DNA of 62,372 nt, filler included, from Sphacelaria rigidula (lineage: Eukaryota), in the NCBI GenBank assembly GCA_964200075.2. It is 7 parts of 7 records of this genome, joined end to end, with 100 filler letters (N's around TTAATTAATTAA, not from the genome) between each part and the next. Parts side by side here need not be neighbours in the genome. Positions count along the whole stretch, not along the records: positions 44,625 to 53,448 come from CAXNAA020010019.1; positions 53,549 to 62,372 come from CAXNAA020010020.1; 5 more parts are not named here. One strand, given 5' to 3'. Made by a program: the position numbers and the translations under genes. The notes beneath the pieces were generated by a model. The model was given only the letters and a program-made list of their open reading frames with translations. It was not told where the DNA came from and ran no database searches. Shown here in pieces: positions 49,226 to 62,372 of this stretch (the stretch's first letter is position 1; every line of letters starts with the position of its first letter).

Positions 49226-50396
49226 TCAACATCTAGGTGAGGTTGACGTCGCCATCGAAATCTCATTTGCTTCGTCGAATAGGCTCGGGATTTGCAAGCG
49301 GTTTCGACCATGTAACCCTAACCCAGACGTTTCTGTACGGCAGCCCAAGCATGATGAGCACTTCAACAGAAAAAGCACCATCATTGTGCGACATGGTTTG
49401 AACAGGACGTGCCTCTGAGCGCTGCAGGACACGTAACCAGGCGACGTCCCCGACGCAAGTACAGTGCTGTCCGTTTGCGTACATGCATATTTTCGAAGTG
49501 AAGAGCAGGCAAAATATAGCAGCGAGGTAGTCGCCTGCTGTGCAGACAAGATCGTGAGCTACCGCACCTCTGTAACGTCTACTAAGTTCTTGACAGCCCC
49601 GGGGGGGAATACAGATACCCATAGTTGGGTGAAACGAGCAAAAACAAACCTGGACACACACACAAGGAAAGATTGTGGGAAGTACTCTGCCCATATTTTG
49701 GGTAGATTGGGTACGATTTCAATATTCCACCCGAATATTGGGTAAGGTCGTGTCTTCACACATCAGTTTTCAATCGTTAAAAAAGTGCGGTGACATTTAT
49801 TTAAGCGAATTCGTTCATTTCTCGCGAGTTGGGTCCAAGCGAATTTGCGAGCTATCGATCGCGAAAAGACCGTCAAATTCGTGAAGTGGCACTTGTTCGC
49901 TTGTCTTCTACAGTACAGTAGTGTACTGTCTACGCTGTGTCCATGCAATGTGCCTGAGTGTGTGTGTGTTTCGTACAGTAGGATGTGAAATAGAAGGGGG
50001 CAACGTGCAGTGCAGACAGCCCTGGAGTGTCTGTACTCTCTGCATACAGGGGGGCGTTCAAAGGACTTGAACAACTTGTAGCTTTGTACTGCCTGCACTG
50101 TCCATGAGTGTAGGCAAGTCGGTCGTCCGCCGTATCACGCAGATTCGTCGCCGATCCCTATCGTGAAGGAAGATGCTCAAGTTTTCGCTATTTGAAGATG
50201 AGCACATCATACTCAACTGCTGCAGTGTATCTTTCCCTGTGCTCAACTCGTGCTCTATATTGCGGTGGTAGCTGAGAATGAGTTGTATGGGGTTTGCATG
50301 GTTTTGTGAACGGGTGGCATGTGGCGTGGTGGTCTACAAGATAGGAGTCAAGTGCCTCTTCTTGCCTTTCCTCCGCATGTTTTCGATCGAAAAAGT

Positions 50397-50976
50397 CAAG
50401 GGCAGGTCGGGCAGGGTATGTACTTTTGAATACTCGAATAAAATACCCAGATATTTACTCTACCAAGGGTTTGGCTAGATTTGGCACGCCTTCAAACACT
50501 CTACGCAAATTTTTGGGTAGATTGTGTACGACCTCAAATACTCCACCCAAATATTGGGTAAACAATCTCAGCAACACCCGAGAATAGAGTATCACCTGCG
50601 TATGACCTCAACACTTCACCCAAATCTCGGGTATGTTGAGTACGACCCCACATACTCTACCCAAATTTCGGGTAGATCGGGTACGACTTCAAATACTCTA
50701 CCCAAATTTTGGGTACATTGTGTACGGCTTCAAATACTCTACCCAAATGTTGGGTAAGCACCCCCAGCAATACCTGGGTAAAGAGTATCACTTAGGCATG
50801 ACTTCACTACTCTCTCCAAAAATTGGGTATGTTGGGCATGATCTCAAATACTCTACCCATATTTTGGGTGCATTGGGTACGATTTCAATCCTTCACCTGC
50901 AATTTTGGGTACTAAGAGTATGGCTTTTAAAAAATCCCGAGTATTGGGTATACCCCACCCTACCCGACCTGCCCTG
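50397..50976. mobile_element. Family C long form, complete
   Basis: TIRs caagggcaggtcgggcagggt...accctacccgacctgccctg enclose tandem ~36-bp palindromic units. Confidence 0.82.
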
Positions 50977-51209
50977 TCATGTTTGCACACCGCCGGCTGT
51001 AATATGATGCTATGCCTGCTCTGCGAATATCGCGTACGCATCTCGACTGTCGTAAGCGTCAACGCCAACGCCAGCGGAATACATCCGAACATGCAAAGGG
51101 TGCAGCCATTCTGCTCGCTATATTTTGGGTAGATTGGGTTCGTGCGGACGGTCCGTCGGAAGTCTACGTTATCTTTTTCTCTTTTTGTCGAATAGAAACG
51201 GGGTGTCGC

Positions 51210-51775
51210 TGTAATGCGTGTTCAGATCGCGTGCGTCTAGGGCCGCATCGGAGCTGAAGACCCCGGGACCGACTTGACGCCAGGACGGCGACACGACGGC
51301 GACGCAGTGTACCCGGAAAAGGAAGAGAAGAAGGATTTTAATGTTATAAAGCTCAGACACGAGTAACTCCTCTACAAGTCATTCTCACAGTTGGTAGCTG
51401 TAAGTACCGAGCATCAGCTCGTCGGTGTGGCCATGGCGACGTGGTAGGCGCCGATAACTTCGTAAAGTACACTGGTGTCAAGTCATTTCCACACAATGCA
51501 TGTGCGAGAATGACTCCTAGACGACTTACAGGTGTCTGAATTCAAGATTTTAAAATTCTTGCCCCCTTCCTTTATGGGGCACGCTGCATCGTCGTCGTAT
51601 CGCTCCAGTTACCTCGCCTGGCTTCGCTACCCCTGGTTCGATAAACATGCGACTCCGGTGTGCTCGGGGCACGGTTCATGATCTCAAGGTCCGAGCGGTT
51701 TTCCCTACACGCCGATCCCGGGGTGTTCAAACCCCGATACGGTCCTAAAAGCACGCGGTGTGAACACGCATAATA
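51210..51775. mobile_element. Longer (~565 bp) relative of MITE family A
   Basis: ~55-bp imperfect TIRs: tgtaatgcgtgttcagatcgcgtgc...gcacgcggtgtgaacacgcataata. Confidence 0.7.
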
Positions 51776-52044
51776 GCCGCGATTAATCACCTCTGCGGTC
51801 AAAGGTTTTGGTGGGACCGATGCACGCGTGCACATGTCGTGGGTTACCAGGGTATGGGCCCTTACTCTTTTACTAACTAATCAGTTGGCACACGTACCAC
51901 AAAAACAGAACCATTCAAGGGGGGGGGGGGGGTGAGCGAGTCACCCTAGACCACCCGAGGTGTGCCCTGCTTTTCAGTCCCGACACCACACACCCCGAAA
52001 ATTAGAAGGCCAAATTTAGCATGAGAGGGAGGGGGCGGAGGCGG

Positions 52045-52300
52045 GGGGGTACTTATTTGTTGCTTACCTTAGTCGTTTCACCATTGACCACGCACCCCTT
52101 TCGAGACGGAGCACCGTTCCTACTCCTATAGTCATAAAGACACCTCCAACATTCAGGTGCTCATTACGTTTCTTCCATACATTACACAAAAAAAGTTACA
52201 TATCTTACTCCCGTCCTGTTTCGCTGTCCGTGGCCACCGTCTATCTCCTACTATAGCCATCGTATTTTCGCTACTGTCTAATGCATCAAACAGTTCCATG
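52045..52300 (-). mobile_element. 3'-end fragment of a probable non-LTR retrotransposon
   Basis: Decayed ORF end (FDALDSSENTMAIVGDRRWPRTAKQDG...RSRNGAPSRKGCVVNGETTKVSNK*) followed by a homopolymer. A shorter 5'-truncated copy sharing the same end lies at about 54250-54325, as expected for LINE copies. Confidence 0.55.
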
Positions 52301-52850
52301 GGGGGGGGGGGGGGGGGGGGATTTTGTGGCCAAGGGTTGTGTCGGGCAGGGGGGGTAGGGTTGTTAAAAAAGAAGTTGTTGAGTGGTTTAAAGGGTNNNN
52401 NNNNNNAGTTGCAAGGGGGGGGGGGGGTGGAGGGGGGGGGGGGAGGGGGGGGGGGGGGGGGGGGGTACTCTGAGCCCAAGTCATTAGGCTGCCAGACGTG
52501 GTCAGATTTCTAAAAATGAAGTTGGTTCACGTTTTGAAAGGATGTTCCTGAAGTCGGGGCAAGGATTTACACCGCGAGACTTTGGGACGAGTTGACCGTG
52601 AGTCAGAAAAGTCTAACTGATCCGATGGTTAAAATGCACCGTGAGGCGGCTGAGTTTTGAAGTTTCGTGGAGACCGTGCTGCACCCTATAAGGGGAATGT
52701 AGGTGAATATCGGCTAACCAAACCAGTTGCTTGTGTGCGTTGGAATCCTCCTTCATGTAATGATCGGCTTGCGGAGGCCTTCATACCGCTTCAATGGTGG
52801 TTTCCGGATAGTATATAAAATTGTCCAAGTCCAAAAATGGGGGGATGGGA

Positions 52851-53145
52851 GGGGGGTGTAATCATGATCATGCATACCATAGTCATATGACCATTGACCT
52901 CTCGTCCCTACAAAGCCGGGACGGAACACGCCGGATTTTTGTCGGACCAGGCTCGCAATCACTCACCAAGCGCGAAGCGCCGCGGAATGTTCGGCGAGTC
53001 GCATGAAGGGTGAGCTGCGTCCTGCTAAGATTATTCGTCCCGAAGCGTACTGATTATCTAGCATTTGGATGGCAGCCTCGAATGAGTTGCTTCATTTTAT
53101 GACACCGCCACTTCCCGAAATAGCTACACTGCCTCATGGATGACT
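52851..53145 (+). repeat. Dispersed repeat family D
   Basis: Similar to about 53960-54230 (+), 11180-11465 (-) and the 5' fragment at about 18001-18056. Confidence 0.75.
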
Positions 53146-53448
53146 CACCATGTAAACACAACGTAGTGCGATCTTCTCGTTCGCCCGGAGTTGAGGTTTT
53201 CCCACCCCGCGCGATATGATCTAGCTTGACCATCATCATGGCTACCGCAAAAAAACGCAAGCATGCGGAAACAATATCGATAGCCTGGATACCAAGCTTA
53301 CGCAGTGAGTGGCGTGTTTTACAGCGTCATCTCCAACCTACGCCAACCCCATTGGGGACGAGGGGGAGGGGGGGGGGGGGGGGGTGGCAGTCTGAGCGGG
53401 GGGGGGGGGGGGAGGGGGGGGGGAGGGGGTGCGGCTGGTGGGGTGGAA

Positions 53449-53548
53449 NNNNNNNNNNNNNNNNNNNNNNNNNNNNNNNNNNNNNNNNNNNNTTAATTAA
53501 TTAANNNNNNNNNNNNNNNNNNNNNNNNNNNNNNNNNNNNNNNNNNNN
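53449..53548. other. Artificial contig linker
   Basis: N44-TTAATTAATTAA-N44. Confidence 0.97.
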
Positions 53549-54740
53549 CCCCAAGCCGCTGCTACTATCCCGTCGTCGAGGGTGCTGTGGGCTAGAAGGG
53601 GAAAAACCGGGGCGGGTGGGGGGGGGGGGGGGGGGGGGGGGGGCTCGGAAAGCAACAAGAACGCTCCTCGGGTGAGGAGGAGCTATTGTACTGTAGCAGA
53701 CGAGAGTCGAGACAGCACTCTCAAGGAGCCGGGAAATATGGGAAGAGAGGAGCAAGCAAGCAACACGTACCACTCCAATATGCTTGGCATGGTGCGCATG
53801 AATATATGCCACGCACAAAATCACCGAGCATGCCGGAGCATGACATTTCGAACAAGTTTACACGTACAGTTTGGGTGAACGATGATGGATTTTTCAACTT
53901 TCGACTGACGACAACACTGACTTCAAGGAAGAGGGCGGGGGGATTCTCATATTCTTGCATGCCAAAGTCGTATGATCATTGATCTCGCACCCCTACAAAG
54001 CCGGGACGGACCACGCCGGCTTTTCGCCGGACCAGGCTCGCGATCAATCACCAAGCACGAAACGTTGTGATGTGTTCGGCCAGTGGCATGAAGGGTGAGC
54101 TGTATCCTGCTAAGATCGTCAGGCCCGAGGCGTACTGATTGTCATGCATGTAGATGATAGACTACAATGAGTTGCTTCATTTTCTTGTATCGCCACTTGC
54201 AGACAGCCACAGCTTGCGCACTGCCTCATGGGCATTACACTATAAGGGTAGGGGGGGCGTACTCATTCGTTGCTTGCCCTAGTCGTGTGACCATTGACCA
54301 CGCATCCCCTTCGAGACGGAGCAGGAGGGGGGGGGGGGTACTGCATCCCGTTTATCACGAAGCGGTCTATTCGTGTCCACGTGTGCAAATGCACTTCTTC
54401 GCGTGTTTTTTTTTTCATACGGCTGCTACCGTGCTAAACACCTCAACGTGTGTTGTGGCCGAAAGAGGGTTGGAATTCTGAATACTATACACTTCCCGAT
54501 GATGAATGACAGCCTGGTTGTCGTCGCTTCTTCTTGCAGTCCTTGCTTTGGCGCAGGAGGGCATACAAATCAAGATGACATTGCCCACCATAAAAGTAGC
54601 AACACGGAAGCTTCGCAAAGCCAATTACCACGGTGCACAATAACAGACAGTCGCTGCATCTTCATACATAACTTGCTGTGCAGGCCATTACTCGACAAGC
54701 CCCGCTTTGCAGCTTTTGCGTTGCTTGCGTTACTACTTAC

Positions 54741-57700
54741 CGTATCTTCTGCTTTGCCCTTGGATTGCCCACCCTTCTTCAAAGCCGCGAGCTTCCTCTG
54801 CTGCTTTTCCCACTCCTTCGCCTGCATCGACAACAGATAGTAAAGAGGCAAGGCAAACAGTTACTAGAGTACAAAACGCCTGGACGCTGGCATCCCACCC
54901 GTGCAGAGCGCGGACGATATTCCACCCACCTCCATGAAAATAACACATCGGACTAGGGTAGCAACAACTCCTTGCGGCTACCTTCTCATGGGGAATTTCT
55001 TCAAATCCGTTACATATTACTTAACTTGCTCGTGGCCCTGTAACTGTCGCGTTGTGCCTCTCTCGTGATGTGGACAGTCAAATACACTGTGGTCGATAAT
55101 ACTGTGCGACAACCAATCAATAGATCAATCAATGCAAACGTGAGCGGATCCTAATGAGTCGGTATGCAGTCGCAGTTAATATAATGCTCGTATTATCCAA
55201 TGGACGTCGCGGGCAGCAGCACGGTATCGTCATGCCCATGCATGCATTCACGAAGTCCACGCTCCATTCCCACACAATTAATCGCATGCAGTTCACCCAT
55301 ATCCATGATTGTCCCCTTTCATCATCGCATCGGGAGATGATGTGAAAACATCAGGAGAGCTGACCGATATCCAACGGTTACGCCAAACAAATTTTCGAGC
55401 ATTATTTACGGCGGCAGCGGAAATTCGGAAAGTTCGAAGAGCGCAGATAGTCCCCGCAAATCTTGCACAAAACAACGATCATGTTACTCATCTTATGAAT
55501 ATTTACATCGATTTTTTTGTTCATTTTACTCCGTTTTCTTCCTCTTTCTTCAGCGAGTGTTCCCGTTTTGTTCATTGTGGGTACGTCTATCTTGTGGATG
55601 ATGACCACGCCTGGGTTCCTCGGGGATCATTTTACCTACGTGTTACAAAAAAAATATCGAATCAAAGACAAAGTTCATGAGCGAGATGACCCACGAAAGT
55701 CCCCAAGCTTCAAACTGCCGGGCAAGAAGCGTACTTTACTGGGGAAGCACGCCCGATATGCCGCGTAGTGCGGAAAAGCGGAAACGCGGAATTTTGCACA
55801 CGTCGGACAGCTCATGAGTTACCTCTATACTACTCCTTACTAGGATACCAATTCCGACCATGAGCTAGTTCATTTGACCCCTTTGTCGATATTTGCCCCC
55901 AACAGCGCAGGAAGGCGAGCACGTCCAGTAGTGCAAAGATAGCGCCTTGGGTTCTCGGAACCGCGCTGTTACGTATTTTGGTGTTTTCGGACAAGGGATA
56001 TGAGAGTGCTCTTCGATTAGTATTCTCAGGTAGCTCATGATCGGCCCGACGTGTGAATCTTTGTGAGCAGAAATTTCAGCGTCACCCCAAAATCAAAATA
56101 TACCGAGGGTAGGTTGAGCAGAGCATAATCAATTGCGGGGTATTTCGAAAGCCGTACTTGAGGTACACAAATTGGGGGTAGAGTTTTAGGGATCACTGTC
56201 CAATTATTTTTCGGGTACGACTCGTTACACCCTACCCTAATTTGAGTACCTCGAGTACGTTCTTCAAAATACCCCGCAATCGAGTATACTCTATTCGACC
56301 TGCACAAACAGAAAAGAGTGTCCGTTTCACATATTTTGGCTGCGGCCTCGACCAACCCCCTAGGCGGCGACTTTGGAAACTCCTTGATTATCGTCGTATG
56401 AGTACAGTAAGTACCTGCTGTCTCCTCTTTTGCGCCTCCATCTCCTTGAACTGGTCGTAGTTTCCCTTGTACTGGTTGATCTTTTTCTGATCAAGGTGCA
56501 GGATTTCCTCGCACACGCTGTTCAAAAAGTCCTGATCGTGAGATACCTGCGATCACATTTTGCAGCACGCTCGTTATTTTTCTTCTCCTTGTATTCATTT
56601 GTTTCCTCTCTCGCGGGAGCGGGGGGAATCGATCACTATCCATTGAACAGGAAGTGGAGCATGCGCAAGAGATTTCCGACGAAAGGGTGACACGGCACGG
56701 AAAAAACTACATGCCAAAACTATTCCGAAAGTTACTGAAGACCGGCGGGCGTCCCCGCCGTGGTCTCACGGTGCGAGTGACATCAATAGGTGAGAAAATA
56801 CGGACGTGGGTTTCACTCCCGCCAGGTGCGTCTATTTTGGCTCGTTTCTCACAATTATCTCCATCATTAACCCTTGGACGACGAGAGTAGGTCATCTGTT
56901 GAAACGGCATGGTCAAGATGGACTACCCTCGCGGTTTTAGGGTTGACCCTTTTGGAACCCATTGGCGATTCTTGTTTTTGTGAATTGGTATAATTTTTTC
57001 TATTCAAAATGATCCCGATTCACAAAAACAGAAATCGTCCACGGTTAGGACAAATAAAATTGTGATTCAACTCATGTTGATCATTTCAACGAATGAATCA
57101 TACGAGTCGTACATCATTTATATTTCATACAGGTTCTGAGCTTTTGTGTCGTGCAGTACACCGTCAACAGTACCTGTTTCCTACCTTCAGGTCATAGGGG
57201 GTAGATAATGGACACATGTTGACCCCCTGTAGGAAAATGCGGAATGCATCGATTGCACATGCCGCCCACTCTCACTATGAGGTGAATGGACAATAGATTC
57301 CATTGGAAAAAAATGTACTGCGTACAGCATGGAATCTTTTGTCTTATGCAATAGGCGCAATAGTCGATACTGTACGCAGTACACTTTTTGACTTGTGTAT
57401 TCTTTTGTTCAGGGTGTGATGGCATCCACACACATGTCAGGGAAACAAAATATCCAGGGGTAGGTCGAGTAGAGTATACTCAATTGCGGGGTACTTTTCA
57501 AGTCCTACTTGGAGTACACAAATTCGGCGTAGGGTTTCAGGAATCGCTTCCCAGCTATTTTTGGGGTACGACTCCCAACACTCTACCCTAACTGAAGTAC
57601 CCCAAGTACGTCCTCCAAAATACCCCGCATTTGAGTATACTCTACTCGACCTGCCCTTGAAAATATATCATTTCCGCTTGTCAACGTACACGGGTGGCCG

Positions 57701-60700
57701 CTGGTACACGTTGTTCGCCTTTTGAGGCGTCCCTAGGTTATCGGGAAGTTGAACAGCATGCGTACGGCACGATCCAGCTCGCACATCGGATGTTCCAGGA
57801 AAGCGGCGGCTTTTCAGCAGTTGTGCAACGCGACAGCGCGTGCGGTCACAACTCAATTCAGGCTCTACGCACGTCGCTCAATCCATCCATGACGTCTGGT
57901 AGCCTAGGGACGCTCCAAACTGCGGATAACGTGTACCAGTGGCCACCCCTGTCATTCAACGCGTAACTGGTCGATTGTCCAAGTATGTGAGCCGATCTCT
58001 TGATTCGACGTATCACATTCACTCGAAAAGTGGCTGTCAGGCTTCCCTTCTCTCTCCGGTGCCAGTCATTCTGATGGCGCTGACGAAGCATCACACCTTC
58101 GACAATATATCCTGGTCAATAGTTGCAACAGACTAAAAATACAATGCGTAAAGAATAGGGGCCTATTGCAACTATTGTCAGCCGACGACAGCTGCAATAG
58201 GCCTTTGCTTCACACGGCACATTATTTGTCCACCGTAACTATTGACCATATATTGTCCAAGGTGTACAAAGCAAAACCATGTATTGTACAAGGGTTGATG
58301 CATCCCGAGTTTTGCTCAACCAGAGGCGACCTGAATTTTCTTCGAGTCCCTTACCAACGACGGTGGGCAAACAGGTAGCGAACACGGGTAGCAATCCAAA
58401 CCCTGGATAATGACGATACGTCACATTGTCCAAAAGTGTACTGCGTTCAGTATGGACTATTACGTCTGTTGCACTAGGCAATAGATTCCACACAGTACGC
58501 AGTACACTTTTTGACAGTGTGATTAATCTTTTGCCCATGGTGTATAAAATTGAACTACGAAGGTTCCGAGGTTGATCAAGAACTCCAAGGAGCGGTAATT
58601 TAACGTACCACAAGAAGAGTCTTCTTCCACTTCTGCAAGTAGTCGTCGAGCCAAATCACCGCGTTGAGATCCAAGTGGTTCGTCGGCTCATCCAGCATGA
58701 GCAAGGTCGGTGCCATGAACAGAGCACGCGCCAACGATATTCGCATTCGCCACCCGCCGGAAAAGTGCTTAGTAGCCTTCACCTTTTTTTCACACAATCA
58801 TATTTGTATGCATAACACACGGCAGTAATTTGGGCAGTGAGTGAAAACGTCAGAGTGTCAGCAAGATCAACCGATTCACCTTCATCTAGTTCTTCAAGTA
58901 GTCAAGGATGGGAATATATTCACTCACACAAGACTTACGTGCGACACGCCAACAAAAATATAACTCCGGGAACAAACACACAAACACACACACACAAGAC
59001 CCGTCCTGGTTTACTTGATTGCTTGACTGATCATCAGTTGCAAACCGCTCAAGAACCCAAACAACACTGACCGTCGGACAGACCGCCCAGGTTTGTGTCC
59101 TTTCGTGAAACCGATAGTATTTCCTCTTTGGCGATGAAAAGACGGTACCAGATGCCCCGAGACGCAAATATCCAGCGGCTAAAATCGTATCCAAAACAAA
59201 TCGAGGCTGGGCTTGCTACCGCTCGAGGTGACATACAAAATCGGCCGGCTAGCGAGCAACACAGCTTTGGGCCAAGGCTCGACGCTCATTTCTTGTCCCC
59301 CGGAAACAGGACCATCTTGATTGTCGCACACGAACTAATACCGGACAGTCGTGCTCAGAGGTCAAAAGATATATGTGCCCAAGGTTAACACCACTAAAAG
59401 CTCGCTGAAGGGAGGAGGAGGGGGGGGGGGAGGAAATATAAATATATATATATAGGGCTAACAAATATAGAAGGATGCCATACCTGCATGGTGTCATCAA
59501 ATCCCAATCCGAACAGAATTCGTCGCGCTTGCGCCTCCGCACCGTCCCCACCCGACGTGTGCAGCTCCTCGTGGATCTGCGGACATGTGTGTCAAGAGAC
59601 GACGAGAAAGAGAGGACATTGATTCGTCGAGGGTTCATTTGATCAGCTCTCAAACATGTTGACCGGTCGAAGGCCCACGTTTCTTGTTTTGAGATTTTGT
59701 CCACTGACAGTCCCGCGAGATTTTGGAGAATAATTCTCTGTCGGCGTAGATGGGATAATTAAAAACACGGCATGAGCAATGTTCTAGCTGGATGGATGCA
59801 AAGCTCAAACTTTCCTTGCTTGCCGAGCGGAGTTCGAGCAGCATTGTGCCGATGGTTGAGGGAAGGGAGAGGGTGCACGTTTTAAATTTCGCACGTGCAA
59901 CTTTTGAAATTCTGCTGGGTATAATGACAGCTTTGTGGAAACTGAAAAACATGTACGCACTGCTGTCCAAATCATCACGATGACAATTTTTGGTCTGATG
60001 CGACGACAAATATGATGTTCATGTTGGTTATAGCTCATGCATGATGATCTATGACGCACAGAACATGCGTGGCGACCGCTTTCTTGTGTGTAGACTCTTG
60101 GATTTCTCACCAAAAACAAATATTCCGAGATCCCCCCAAACAAAACAACAAAACGTCGGTTGACGGTCAACCAGGCTTTGAGCGGTGAAGGGATTAACGC
60201 TCCACATGCTTATCAGCCCTTTCACCGCCGCTAGGGGGGTCATCTGTTGTATCGTCATCATCTTCACCTCAAAAATGACCGTTAAACCCAGATTACAGAT
60301 TACTCACCCCGGCGGTCGACGGTTCGATCGTGTATATATTTCCTGGCCAGAGGAAATTCACCAAGTGTACCAGCAGAAAAAAAGGTTGCTCCCCCATTCC
60401 CTCCCCAAACGACGGACTCGTCACGTAGTCGATCCGTAAGCTTCAGTTTTTCCAAAACAAAGGTAACTGTCCATCTCACCTGCTGCAGGCGATCGTTGAG
60501 TTTGTCGTTCTCGGGGTCGGCCCTGAGTAACCGGTTGATCTTCCTCTCCTCTTCCAACAGGCTCCACCTTAACTCATGGATACGGACGCACACACGAGTG
60601 TAACCAGTCAGCGCGAATACCCCAACAACGTATTCGTGCACCACCTTGTTGCGCGTACACAAACACATAACCCTATCCTAGACAACGGGGTATACGACCG

Positions 60701-61701
60701 CCGGTTGTTATCCAGGGGTGATATACCACCTACCCCAAGAGGATACTGTACAAAACTTCACAATGACAGGGATAAGTGGGCGCGCGAGGGCTGATATACT
60801 CCGTACGCTGATGTGGCACCGCAGACACCGTCATACTCTAAGAGCAGCCGATGACTCATCATCTGTGGGTGTTTTGAGGGGTAGCATACTGCCTACCAGT
60901 GATCAATAAACACTGCCATGTACGATACAGGTATAGCCAAATGAAAACGATTCATATGCACGCTGACAGCATGTAAATCATCCCCGCATCATGCAAAACA
61001 TCACACCAACCAAACACCATCATACATATCTGGTAGGTGATCAACCGCAATGCATTCGATAGATTTGTGAACAACCGGCCAAAACAATCACATCCACAAC
61101 TTTTGCTCACAATCCTGCGCCAGTCAGCTTCAACAACTTGTGGTATGTCTTCTACATTAATTAATTACTGTATGTATATATACTTCCAGGACATGCCGAG
61201 TACCTAATTAGTTGCCATCAACGCACTGCACTGTTGCACGGATGTCATGTTTCATTCTTCCTTTTTTTCTCACGTGATCGGCATACGTGCGGCCACAACC
61301 ACAGAACTTTCGACTACACAGTCGCAGAGGGTCAGTTAATGTACGACAAACACAAAGCTCCATAGCATTGACACTGATCACCATCACGCCCCAGAATCGA
61401 CACGTGTTTCTACGCTTCATTCACCGTCACCTGGCGCTAAATTCCCAACGTCAACGAACCAATGTTGCTGATATATATTTACATATATTGCATGTTCACA
61501 CCGCGCCCCCTAGCCACCTCCTCCGCCTCTCAAGAGCCTCATGATCAACGCCTCTATTCGCGCGCCTAGGCATCGTTTCCAAACTTTATATGCTTGTTTC
61601 CTCCAAGTTACACTCACCTCGCTTTGTCGGCCTTCATGACGGCGATCACTGCCGGCGTGTCGTCCGCGACCACCTCCTGCTCCACGTACAGGCAGTCGAT
61701 C
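54741..61701 (-). CDS. ABCF1: ABC-F family translation-associated ATPase (ABCF1/ABC50-like), partial; exons 61701-61618, 60567-60480, 59576-59484, 58782-58609, 56546-56415, 54821-54741
   Basis: Six exons splice in frame: Q-loop [24 protein letters not shown], signature [16 protein letters not shown], Walker [21 protein letters not shown]-loop [13 protein letters not shown] and linker [11 protein letters not shown]...[18 protein letters not shown]. The family call is firm; the ABCF1 subfamily call rests on linker resemblance. Confidence 0.9.
56104..56304. mobile_element. Family C short-form MITE in an ABCF intron
   Basis: caattgcggggtatttcgaa...ttcaaaataccccgcaatcgagtatactctattcgacctgc. Confidence 0.78.
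57455..57659. mobile_element. hAT-like MITE family C, complete short form
   Basis: ~45-bp TIRs beginning CA and ending TG, flanked by aaaatatc / aaaatata (7 of 8 match), consistent with an 8-bp hAT-type target-site duplication. Confidence 0.85.
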
Positions 61702-62372
61702 CTGTGATTACCAATATCGAGACATGCACATGGAGGCGAAGTAAGCAGGTGTTCAGCTTCCAGCAACATCGGCGATCGACAACATGACTGATTCAAGCCT
61801 TCAATGCCGCTAAATTCGTGCAGTAGGCGTCCTTGATTTTCATGAAACCTTAACATCGTAACCTCAAGAACGACCTTGTGTACACAAAATACTCCCAAGC
61901 TTGCACTGGGGTCGAAACATTCACTGCTTCACCTGCTCTCTGAAGCGCACACGAACCTCGAACCTCACAGCACAGACTCACCTGTACCGCACAAACATCA
62001 TCTCAAATAACAGGATACTCGAGTCATACTTTGGATTCCCCACAACTATCGCCCCCTCCACATTCCCACACAAAGTTCGCTCGGTGCTCGGAAATTACAT
62101 GTGGGTGTGATTAGGCGGGGGTGAGGGGACAAGGTCATCCTACACAAGATCGCGACAAGCTGCATATTGGTGCGCTGCGCGTGACACGCATAATCATAAT
62201 CTAAGAGGTAGCACATCCACGTGATACTCCGCGAATAACATGGCGAACACAATGCCGCGAACCCTCCGGCTCCAACCCCACCCCCCCCCCTCCCCCCCCC
62301 CCCCCCACCCACAAAACAGAACCGGACCTTGGGAATTGGGCCCAACCGGAGGGGGAAAGAGTCCCTATATGG

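Noticed and set aside
50050..50110. LRR-like peptide GAFKGLEQLVALYC after a cag
   Set aside because: An in-frame stop follows quickly and there are no companion LRR exons.
48880..50900. CRISPR-like ~36-bp palindromic repeats
   Set aside because: Units are adjacent and degenerate with no unique spacers, lie inside TIR-bounded elements, and no cas genes are present in this eukaryotic DNA.
52851..54230. Apparent direct duplication spanning the last linker
   Set aside because: The copies are diverged members of a high-copy family in separate contigs, not a contig overlap or an LTR pair.

Overview
Eukaryotic nuclear DNA, most likely from a brown alga (Phaeophyceae): intron-rich genes with GT-AG introns, an EsV-1-7-repeat gene and dense transposon debris. 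The window is not one locus. It is seven near-equal contigs (8825, 8825, 8825, 8825, 8824, 8824 and 8824 bp) joined by 100-bp N44-TTAATTAATTAA-N44 linkers, so neighbourhood arguments hold only within a segment. Genes reconstructed by hand from splice sites and reading phase: five C-terminal exons of NPHP4 (+); an apparently complete six-exon gene (-) for a ~200-aa secreted protein with Cys-rich/knottin-like modules and a Pro/Thr stalk, all introns phase 1; a five-repeat EsV-1-7 protein (+); a 2H cyclic phosphodiesterase (-); the first exon of an EGF-like protein (+); and six exons of an ABCF1-like gene (-). Mobile DNA includes a Gypsy integrase pseudogene, gag and LINE remnants, three or more MITE families and two long-unit tandem arrays (~194 and ~234 bp). 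I found no CRISPR array, RNA gene or convincing multi-gene novel system. The best novelty candidates are the modular secreted-protein gene and the TGT...ACA MITE family clustered in and around it.
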